This document shows positions 6,682 to 12,663 of a stretch of DNA of 12,663 nt, in pieces; position 1 is the first letter of the stretch; each line of letters opens with the position of its first letter. A model generated the notes under the pieces. That model saw nothing but the letters and a program-made list of their open reading frames with translations, had not been told where the DNA came from and did no database searches. The position numbers and the translations under genes are program-made. Source of the DNA: a virus; UHGV virus genome UHGV-0172014; one strand, 5' to 3'.

Positions 6682-7004
6682 CGACGTTAACTCAATGCCA
6701 GCAGCAGGTGCTGGATATGCTGATTTCTTACCAGAAAGAACGTGGCTTCCCGCCAACCAATCAGGAGGTGGCAACCATGCTGGGATACCGTTCAGTGAAT
6801 GCAGCGGTGGAGCATCTTCGCGCACTGGAGAAAAAAGGTGTCATCACGATAAAGCGTGGCGTGGCCCGGGGGATAACGCTTCATACCGCGGTGAAGGACG
6901 ACGACAGCGAGGCGGTCGGGATTATCCGCTCACTGCTTGCCGGTGAGGAAAACGCAAGGCTGCGTGCAACCCACTGGTTACATGAGAGAGGCCTGAAAGT
7001 ATGA
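6678..7004 (+). CDS. LexA N-terminal DNA-binding-domain-like protein (108 aa) lacking the S24 peptidase domain
   Basis: Clear similarity to the LexA winged-helix domain (ours QQQVLDMLISYQKERGFPPTNQEVATMLGYRSVNAAVEHLRALEKKGVITI versus LexA [52 protein letters not shown], recalled); no Ser/Lys catalytic domain; ATGA overlap with Dam. Confidence 0.8.
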   Translation: MTTLTQCQQQVLDMLISYQKERGFPPTNQEVATMLGYRSVNAAVEHLRALEKKGVITIKRGVARGITLHTAVKDDDSEAVGIIRSLLAGEENARLRATHWLHERGLKV

Positions 7005-7390
7005 AGCTGATCTTGCCTTTCCCGCCCAGCGTGAACACGTACTGGCGACACCCCAACAAAGGGGCGTTTGCTGGTAAGAGCCTGATAAGCGCGGCGGGGC
7101 GAAAATTCCAGAGCGCAGCGTGCGCAGCAATAGTTGAGCAGTTACGTCGTCTGCCGAAACCAACGTCGGCACCTGCTTCAGTGGAGATCGTGTTGTTTCC
7201 TCCGGATTACCGGATCCGCGATCTGGACAACTATAACAAGGCGCTGTTTGACGCCCTGACCCACGTGGGTGTGTGGGAAGACGACAGCCAGGTGAAAAGA
7301 ATGCTGGTGGAGTGGGGACCGGTTATCCCGGAAGGGAAGGTCGAGATCACTATCAGTAAGTACGAGAAACCGGCGGGTGCAGCCGCCTGA
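7001..7390 (+). CDS. rusA: Holliday junction resolvase RusA
   Basis: N-terminal MKLILPFPPSVNTYW and core RDLDNYNKALFDALTHVGVWEDDSQV match the RusA family; ATGA overlap with the upstream gene; typical NinR-region position. Confidence 0.9.
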   Translation: MKLILPFPPSVNTYWRHPNKGAFAGKSLISAAGRKFQSAACAAIVEQLRRLPKPTSAPASVEIVLFPPDYRIRDLDNYNKALFDALTHVGVWEDDSQVKRMLVEWGPVIPEGKVEITISKYEKPAGAAA

Positions 7391-7409
7391 TTAAGAGGAG
7401 AAACGAAGT

Positions 7410-8219
7410 ATGAATAATCTGATGGTCATTGATGGTATTGAAGTTCGTCGTGATGCTTATGGGCGTTACAGCCTGAACGATCTGCATCGCGCAGCAGTAG
7501 CATCTGGTGCAAATGCCAGAACCAAGGAGCCGGGAAAGTTTCTTTCCAGCCAACAAACTGTTGAACTTGTTCATGAATTGACCAACACCCAGAATTTGGG
7601 TGTTGACCCGGTGAGTGTGATTCATGGGGGAAATGAACGGGGAACTTATGTCTGCAAGGAACTGGTGTATGCCTATGCAATGTGGATCAGCCCGTCATTC
7701 CATCTGAAGGTGATCCGTACTTTCGACATGGTAACCAGCGCACCGGAAAAATTATCCGGACAGGCTGCTGACAAGATGCAGGCTGGTGTGATTCTGCTGG
7801 ACTTTATGCGTCGGGAGTTAAACCTGTCTAACTCATCTGTGCTTGGTGCCTGTCAGAAACTCCAGGAGGCTGTTGGCTTACCGAATCTGGCACCGCGCTA
7901 TGCCATTGATGCTCCTGCTGATGCACACGATGGCTCAAGTCGCCCGACACTGTCACTGAGTGCACTGCTGAAACAGTATGGTATACGCCTGACGGCTAAT
8001 CAGGCATATCACCAGATGGTGAAACTGGGGATCGTCGAGCAGCGCGAACGATACAGCCGTACCGCGATTAACAACATCAAAAAATTCTGGTCGCTGACAG
8101 CGAAAGGTTGCATGTTCGGCAAGAACATCACCAGTCCCGCAAATCCGCGCGAGACGCAGCCGCATTTCTTCGAATCCCGATTCCCTGAGCTGTTAAAGCT
8201 GCTCGATACCGTTCATTGA
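7410..8219 (+). CDS. KilA-N domain protein (possible antirepressor-type regulator)
   Basis: ATG at 7410 with AGAGGAGAA SD; N-terminal KilA-N/APSES-like signature (IDGIEVRRDAYGRYSLNDLHRAAVASG...KELVYAYAMWISPSFHLKVI). Confidence 0.75.
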   Translation: MNNLMVIDGIEVRRDAYGRYSLNDLHRAAVASGANARTKEPGKFLSSQQTVELVHELTNTQNLGVDPVSVIHGGNERGTYVCKELVYAYAMWISPSFHLKVIRTFDMVTSAPEKLSGQAADKMQAGVILLDFMRRELNLSNSSVLGACQKLQEAVGLPNLAPRYAIDAPADAHDGSSRPTLSLSALLKQYGIRLTANQAYHQMVKLGIVEQRERYSRTAINNIKKFWSLTAKGCMFGKNITSPANPRETQPHFFESRFPELLKLLDTVH

Positions 8220-8226
8220 GGTGACC

Positions 8227-9216
8227 GTGAGAGCACTACTGACCCCTGAAATTGCCCCGCGTATGGGGATCGTATTGTTCAGGCCAGGTTCAGAGCTGAT
8301 GCCCCTGTTTATGCAGGGGCGTGTCCTGCTGGAGCCTGAGCCGGAGCGTTATTCATCTTTCGCCAGTGGTGCCGTTCCGGCGGCATCACAACCGCTGGCG
8401 GATGATCCTGCCGTTCGGGCCGTGTTCCGCAATGAGGCAGTGATCCGTCGTGCTGGTGGCGTGGAATGTCTTGAAAGCTGGTTACTTCGTGAAAAAGGCT
8501 GTCAGTGGCCTCACTCCGACTGGCACAGCGAAAACATGACCACAACGCGCCATGCGCCGGGCGCAATCCGTCTGTGCTGGCACTGCGATAACCAGTTGCG
8601 TGACCAGTTCACGGAACGGCTGGAATCAATGGCAACGGATAACTGTGCCCGCTGGGTGTTATCTGTTGTGCGCCGTGATCTCGGTTTTGATGATAGTCAC
8701 GTTGTGACAATGCCGGAACTGTGCTGGTGGCTGGTTCGTAATGACCTGGCGGATGCCTTACCGGAAAGTGCAGCCCGTAAGGCACTGAGATTACCGAAGC
8801 CTGTTGTGCCGTCTGTTACCCGGGAAAGTGACCTTGTGCCTTCGGTTCCTGCCACCAGCATCATCCAGGATAAGGCGAAAAAGGTGCTGGCGCTGAAAGT
8901 GGATCCGGAGTCGCCGGAGTCTTTTATGTTACGCCCAAAACGTCGCCGCTGGGTTAATGAAAAGTACACGCGCTGGGTTAAGACACAGCCGTGTGCATGT
9001 TGTGGAAAGCCTGCTGATGATCCCCACCACCTGATAGGCCACGGTCAGGGGGGAATGGGTACAAAAGCGCATGACCTCTTTGTGTTGCCTTTGTGCAGAA
9101 AGCATCACGACGAACTGCATGCGGATACCGTGGCATTTGAAGAGAAGTATGGCTCTCAGCTGGAGCTGATATTTCGTTTTATCGATCGTGCGCTGGCAAC
9201 TGGCGTACTGGGCTGA
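8227..9216 (+). CDS. DUF968-like phage protein with a C-terminal Cys/His (HNH-like) cluster
   Basis: In-frame GTG at 8227 has a GAGG SD 5 nt upstream; the track start GTG 8221 overlaps that SD. C-terminal CACCGKPADDPHHLIGHGQGG...LPLCRKHHDELHAD; position between the KilA-N gene and Q matches DUF968 proteins of lambdoid prophages (family from memory). Confidence 0.65.
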   Translation: MRALLTPEIAPRMGIVLFRPGSELMPLFMQGRVLLEPEPERYSSFASGAVPAASQPLADDPAVRAVFRNEAVIRRAGGVECLESWLLREKGCQWPHSDWHSENMTTTRHAPGAIRLCWHCDNQLRDQFTERLESMATDNCARWVLSVVRRDLGFDDSHVVTMPELCWWLVRNDLADALPESAARKALRLPKPVVPSVTRESDLVPSVPATSIIQDKAKKVLALKVDPESPESFMLRPKRRRWVNEKYTRWVKTQPCACCGKPADDPHHLIGHGQGGMGTKAHDLFVLPLCRKHHDELHADTVAFEEKYGSQLELIFRFIDRALATGVLG

Positions 9217-9233
9217 TGTTGTGGAGAAAGTTG

Positions 9234-9575
9234 ATGCGTGACATGTATGAAGTTTTGGACCGCTGGGGAGCATGGGCTGCAGCAGATAACAGTAGTGTGG
9301 ACTGGCAGCCGATAGCAGCAGGCTTCAAGGGGCTTTTACCTCATGGTAAAAAAACACGTCTCCAGTGTGATGATGATGAAGGGATCATGATAGACGGTTG
9401 TGTCGCACGGTTACGTAAATATAAACAAGAAGAATATGAGCTAATAATTGCTCACTTTGTTATTGGTATTTCATTACGCGCCATTGCGAAGAAGCGTAAG
9501 TGTTCTGATGGGACAATTAGAAAAGATATGCAAACAGCATTAGGTTTTGTTAGTGGTGTGCTATCAATGCTATGA
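9234..9575 (+). CDS. Q: Late-gene antitermination protein Q (short QuuD-like type)
   Basis: ATG at 9234 with GGAG SD (7-nt spacer); alternative in-frame ATG at 9216 overlaps the upstream stop. MRDMYEVLDRWGAWAA...AAGFKGLLP...CSDGTIRK resembles the small Q antiterminators of DLP12-type prophages as I recall them; position just before the lysis region. Confidence 0.7.
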   Translation: MRDMYEVLDRWGAWAAADNSSVDWQPIAAGFKGLLPHGKKTRLQCDDDEGIMIDGCVARLRKYKQEEYELIIAHFVIGISLRAIAKKRKCSDGTIRKDMQTALGFVSGVLSML

Positions 9576-9580
9576 TTATA

Positions 9581-9598
9581 AGAGGCCTTAGGGCCTCT
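9581..9598. terminator. Intergenic hairpin between convergent Q and the cassette (candidate bidirectional terminator)
   Basis: AGAGGCC-TTAG-GGCCTCT stem-loop 5 nt after the Q stop and 3 nt before the minus-strand gene stop; flanking runs are A/T-rich but not clean U tracts in either direction. Confidence 0.45.
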
Positions 9599-9601
9599 TT
9601 A

Positions 9602-10345
9602 CTAAATTACTTGGATGATGAAAGAAACAATCAATGTTGCTAAACCACCAATAGCAGATACTTTAAATTCCGAACCACGAAATACCATCTTCCCATTGAC
9701 CTTTATATTATTTGCAATGAATGGTGATATTCCAACGGCCGCACTCATGAAATATAAAGAAGAAATCATTTTCTTTTGAAACTCATTCAAGTCTGGCATT
9801 AACAGTGTAATTGATAAAAAAATACAAAAACTTAAAAATCCAATAATAGCAGTGACAATTAATTTCCAATTCATTGGGGTACCTATAGTAAATCCATCGA
9901 TTGGCAATTTTCGAGACTCAAATTCCGCAATAATAGCGGTGTAAATATCTTTTGATGAGTACTTTTTAATGATTCTTTGGATGTTTGATAGACCATCTTT
10001 GCTATACAATACAATATTGTCTGGATCAATTTTTAGGTGTTTAATGTTTGCCACCATCATGTCGTAGTATTCTAAATAAGTTTCCAGAACTGCTCGACAG
10101 TCTCCAGCTAACGAAATGGCGAATGTCTTATTGTCATCCAGTTTACATAAATCTACTTTTTGAACTAACTTAACAGCGGTATTAAAATATTTTGAAGCAT
10201 GCTGCTGAACTTCATGTAGGTCAGCAAGGTTTGATATACCGCCATTACGCACGTATGGCTGAATACCACGTAAAAATCTTTCCTTTGCAGAAGTCAGCTC
10301 CGACGTTACTTCGTCGGGGCTGATCTGAAACACATCATTATTCAT
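9602..10345 (-). CDS. Hypothetical membrane-anchored protein (247 aa): soluble N-terminal domain plus 2-3 C-terminal TM helices
   Basis: ATG at 10343-10345 overlapping the upstream stop (ATGA coupling). Hydrophobic segments WKLIVTAIIGFLSFCIFLSITLL, ISSLYFMSAAVGISPFIANNI and VSAIGGLATLIVSFIIQVI; very AT-rich; no family recognised. Confidence 0.7.
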   Translation of the reverse strand: MNNDVFQISPDEVTSELTSAKERFLRGIQPYVRNGGISNLADLHEVQQHASKYFNTAVKLVQKVDLCKLDDNKTFAISLAGDCRAVLETYLEYYDMMVANIKHLKIDPDNIVLYSKDGLSNIQRIIKKYSSKDIYTAIIAEFESRKLPIDGFTIGTPMNWKLIVTAIIGFLSFCIFLSITLLMPDLNEFQKKMISSLYFMSAAVGISPFIANNIKVNGKMVFRGSEFKVSAIGGLATLIVSFIIQVI

Positions 10346-10605
10346 TTTTGTTTTGGTGCCAGCATTCTTAATGCAGTGTTAAGATCAGAGTTGTCCACAC
10401 TTTCAGTGATTAAGAATTGGGTATTGGGAACATGACGGCTGATAATGCCTTGGAGCATGCTACGACTTATAACTTTACCACTTTGAAGCGCGGAGTTAAT
10501 GTCATTTTGTATCAAAGTGATTTCACGCTCGGTACAGGGGAAACCCCACCGAGTAACATTTGCATATTCACCAATTTTTTTCTTAAATTCTAGGTAGTTA
10601 CTCAT
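10342..10605 (-). CDS. Hypothetical small soluble protein (87 aa), first gene of the two-gene cassette
   Basis: ATG at 10603-10605 with AAGGAG SD (7-nt spacer); slightly basic, no TM segment; translationally coupled to the downstream membrane protein; AT-rich. Confidence 0.65.
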   Translation of the reverse strand: MSNYLEFKKKIGEYANVTRWGFPCTEREITLIQNDINSALQSGKVISRSMLQGIISRHVPNTQFLITESVDNSDLNTALRMLAPKQK

Positions 10606-10629
10606 TGCAGTTCTCCTTGTTTGTAACCA

Positions 10630-10645
10630 CGTTAATCATATCAAA
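10630..10645 (-). promoter_or_regulatory. Candidate extended -10 promoter element for the cassette (TGaTATGAT on the minus strand)
   Basis: Reverse complement of 10632-10643 reads TTGATATGATTA, giving TATGAT with an upstream TG, about 25-30 nt before the SD of the 87-aa gene; the -35 is AT-rich and not well defined. Confidence 0.3.
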
Positions 10646-10723
10646 AAGCAAAATAATAAAAAACTAACGCGTACGCAAAAAGTATTGTATCGTGTTAAGA
10701 GTGGTTACTTCGCCACGCAGCTT

Positions 10724-10750
10724 AAACCCGCCGATGAGCGGGTTTTGTCG
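10724..10750 (+). terminator. Stem-loop upstream of the lysis genes (possible tR'-like late terminator/attenuator)
   Basis: AAACCCGC-CGATGA-GCGGGTTT (8-bp stem) followed by TGTCGTCTC; the U tract is weak. Lies about 150 nt upstream of the holin start, where lambdoid phages place the pR'/tR' unit. Confidence 0.35.
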
Positions 10751-10896
10751 TCTCTGGCCCGGCTGTTAGTTGGGCTTGGCCTATCCCGCAGTTATCCATT
10801 TGCTCGGCTTCTTTGACGTTTCCGCTTCTGATTTGCGGTTCCTGATATTCCCTCAATTTGCACCTGCTGTATCAGCAAGGTGAGAGATAACTATAA

Positions 10897-11223
10897 ATGC
10901 CTCATAACCCAAATACCTGGCTGGAGTTGCTCCAGAGCTGGTGGCGTGGAGACACCCCGCTGGGCGCAGTGATTATGTCGATCGTTATGGCTGGTTTGCG
11001 CATCGCCTATTTTGGCGGTGGTGGTGGCTGGAAGCGAAAAACGCTCGAGATTTTGCTATGTGGCGCTCTGACGCTGACCTTTGCATCCGCTCTTGAGTAT
11101 GTCGGATGGCCTAAATCGCTTTCTGTTGCCATTGGTGGTGGCGTGGGGCTGATCGGTGTCGATGCTATTCGTGGGGCTGCAATGCGAGTAATCGGTAACA
11201 AATTTGGTAGCTCGAAGGAGTAA
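10897..11223 (+). CDS. S: Holin (lambda S-like class I)
   Basis: 108 aa with three hydrophobic segments and a charged C-terminus; pattern (GAVIMSIVMAGLRIAYFGGGG...IGGGVGLIGVDAIRG) parallels lambda S; immediately upstream of the endolysin. Confidence 0.8.
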   Translation: MPHNPNTWLELLQSWWRGDTPLGAVIMSIVMAGLRIAYFGGGGGWKRKTLEILLCGALTLTFASALEYVGWPKSLSVAIGGGVGLIGVDAIRGAAMRVIGNKFGSSKE

Positions 11224-11226
11224 TTT

Positions 11227-11703
11227 ATGCAGGCACTAAATTCCCAGCGTAAAGCTTTCCTGGATATGGTGGCATGGTCAGAAGGAACGGATAACGGGCG
11301 ACAGCCGACACGTAACCACGGTTATGATGTTATTGTTGGTGGCGAACTGTTCACTGATTACTCCGATCACCCTCGCAAACTTGTCACGCTAAACCCCAAA
11401 CTCAAATCAACAGCTGCCGGACGTTACCAGCTTCTTTCACGCTGGTGGGATGCTTACCGTAAACAGCTTGGCCTGAAAGATTTTTCTCCAGAAAGCCAGG
11501 ACGCTGTAGCTCTGCAGCAGATTAAAGAGCGTGGTGCTTTACCGATGATTGACCGCGGCAGTATTCGTCAGGCAATCGACCGTTGCAGCAATATCTGGGC
11601 GTCGTTACCTGGTGCAGGTTACGGTCAGTATGAACATAAAATCGGTGACCTGATTGCCCGATTTAAAAAAGCTGGTGGGGTAGTAAATGAAGCTGAGATA
11701 TAA
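11227..11703 (+). CDS. R: Endolysin, lambda R-type lytic transglycosylase
   Basis: Near-identical over most of its length to lambda R as I recall it (NQRKAFLDM.AWSEGTDNGRQ.TRNHGYDVIVGGELFTDYSDHPRKLVTLNPKLKST.AGRYQLLSRWWDAYRKQLGLKDFSP.SQDAVALQQIKERGALPMIDRG); AAGGAG SD. Confidence 0.95.
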   Translation: MQALNSQRKAFLDMVAWSEGTDNGRQPTRNHGYDVIVGGELFTDYSDHPRKLVTLNPKLKSTAAGRYQLLSRWWDAYRKQLGLKDFSPESQDAVALQQIKERGALPMIDRGSIRQAIDRCSNIWASLPGAGYGQYEHKIGDLIARFKKAGGVVNEAEI

Positions 11704-12079
11704 GCTGGTTATTGTTGCCTTCGTTGTTAGCGTCATTGGTTCCTTCATCTGGTCTGCTGGGCATTACTACAGCAAATATCAGCACGAAAAGGAGCGTGCT
11801 GATGAGGCTGTACGAAATGCTGAATCAGCAACTGCCATTACCCGTAACGTTCTTCAATCACTGCAAATCATCAATACAGTTATAGAGGCTAACCAGCATG
11901 CAAAACAGCAGATCGCACTGGAGTCACAGAGAACCCAGGAAGATATCAAAGTGGCTGTTGCGGATGATGATTGTGCTTCACGTCATGTGCCTGCTGCCGC
12001 TGCTGACCGGTTGCGGAAGTACGCGAACAGTTTACGTACCGATTCCGGCGGTACCGTTGCCAGCAAGCCTGACTACTGA
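11687..12079 (+). CDS. Rz: Rz-like inner-membrane spanin (i-spanin)
   Basis: Overlaps the end of R by 17 nt; N-terminal TM helix (LVIVAFVVSVIGSFIW) followed by a charged, coiled-coil-like periplasmic domain; position after R. Confidence 0.8.
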   Translation: MKLRYKLVIVAFVVSVIGSFIWSAGHYYSKYQHEKERADEAVRNAESATAITRNVLQSLQIINTVIEANQHAKQQIALESQRTQEDIKVAVADDDCASRHVPAAAADRLRKYANSLRTDSGGTVASKPDY

Positions 12080-12236
12080 AACTCCCCAGCCAGTCATTCC
12101 CGAGCCGCTGACCTATGGGGCCAGTCTGGATCTGAATGTGAGCCTGCTTTCGGCGTTGGGACAATGCAATATTGACAAAGCGGGGATTCGAAGTATCGAT
12201 ATGCGCCGTAACGCTTTGCTGGCAGCAGGCAAATAG
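11964..12236 (+). CDS. Rz1: Rz1-like outer-membrane lipoprotein spanin (o-spanin), +1 frame, overlapping the Rz 3' end
   Basis: Lipobox LLTGC (MMIVLHVMCLLPLLTGCGS...) followed by a Pro-rich segment (VYVPIPAVPLPASLTTETPQPVIPEP); start assigned to the ATG at 11964 (track ORF begins at 11898); extends 157 nt beyond the Rz stop. Confidence 0.6.
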   Translation: MMIVLHVMCLLPLLTGCGSTRTVYVPIPAVPLPASLTTETPQPVIPEPLTYGASLDLNVSLLSALGQCNIDKAGIRSIDMRRNALLAAGK

Positions 12237-12262
12237 TCCGGACAAAGAACAGGTATATATTT

Positions 12263-12613
12263 ATGCCCCCTCGAACTCCAAAATCCTGCCGCGTTCGCGG
12301 CTGCCGTAATACCACGACAGACCCGTCAGGCTACTGCGAAAGCCACAAAAGCGAAGGCTGGAAGCAATACAAGTCAGGACAATCCCGTCATCAGCGCGGT
12401 TATGGTTCTAAGTGGGATGTTATCCGTGTGCGTGTGCTGCAACGTGACAAAGGCCTGTGTCAGTTATGTCTGCGTGCTGGTGTGGCGCGTGAAGCGAAAA
12501 CCGTTGACCACATCATCCCTAAAGCACATGGCGGCACTGATGCCGACAGTAATCTGCAGAGTCTGTGCTGGCCGTGTCATAAGGCGAAGACGGCCCGTGA
12601 ACGGCTTAAGTGA
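12263..12613 (+). CDS. HNH endonuclease (phage packaging-associated type)
   Basis: N-terminal Cys cluster (CRVRGCRNTT...YCESH) and HNH core (DHIIPKAHGGTDADSNLQSLCWPCHKAKT); located after the lysis cassette where HK97-like phages place an HNH gene ahead of terminase. Confidence 0.85.
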   Translation: MPPRTPKSCRVRGCRNTTTDPSGYCESHKSEGWKQYKSGQSRHQRGYGSKWDVIRVRVLQRDKGLCQLCLRAGVAREAKTVDHIIPKAHGGTDADSNLQSLCWPCHKAKTARERLK

Positions 12614-12663
12614 TAATAACTCTCAACTGTCTGAGGGGAGGGGCGGGTCAAATCTCTGTGACC

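Noticed and set aside
6244-7172. ORFs 6244-6825(-), 6434-6946(+) and 6978-7172(-)
   Set aside because: Overlap the well-supported Dam, LexA-like and RusA genes; Arg/Gly-rich junk composition.
7353-9273. ORFs 7353-7625(-), 7426-7680(-), 7953-8165(-), 8309-8566(-), 8697-8969(-) and 8929-9273(-)
   Set aside because: Antisense shadows of the KilA-N and DUF968 genes; no SD; His/Arg/Cys-rich.
10606-10896. tRNA genes in the Q-to-holin intergenic region (as in Stx phages)
   Set aside because: No GTTCGAATC-like T-loop or cloverleaf-compatible segment seen; the region is better explained by promoter and terminator elements.
11007-12315. ORFs 11007-11201(-), 11946-12245(-) and 12094-12315(-)
   Set aside because: Antisense to the holin, spanin and HNH genes; Pro/Gln/Arg-rich with no translation signals.
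1-12663. LexA SOS box (CTGT-N8-ACAG) near the LexA-like gene or the immunity region
   Set aside because: Visual scan found no convincing match; a computational scan would be needed to exclude degenerate sites.
12614-12663. cos site or terminase start at the right edge
   Set aside because: Only about 50 bp remain after the HNH gene; a GC-rich run (GGGGAGGGGCGGG) is present but far too little sequence to call cos.

Overview
This window reads as the central part of a lambdoid (lambda-like) temperate prophage from an enterobacterium, called from protein sequence and gene order only (no searches were run). Left to right: the distal end of the leftward early operon (excisionase-like gene and HD phosphohydrolase, minus strand); a GC-rich hairpin-dense noncoding island; an AT-rich orphan gene on the opposite strand; the immunity region (LexA-type cI repressor flanked by OR- and OL-like operators, then cro and a CII-position gene); a replication initiator with an iteron array inside its coding sequence; a NinR-like block (Dam methyltransferase, a LexA DNA-binding-domain-only protein, RusA, KilA-N protein, DUF968-like protein); the Q antiterminator; the lysis cassette (holin, a lambda R-type endolysin, Rz/Rz1 spanins); and an HNH endonuclease. 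The most interesting locus is a very AT-rich, translationally coupled two-gene cassette on the minus strand (9602-10605) inserted between Q and the holin. It encodes a small soluble protein and a 247-aa protein with C-terminal transmembrane helices, neither of which I can place in a named family. I propose it as a candidate uncharacterised phage-defence or superinfection-exclusion module. No integrase, tRNA, CRISPR array or IS element was found in the window.
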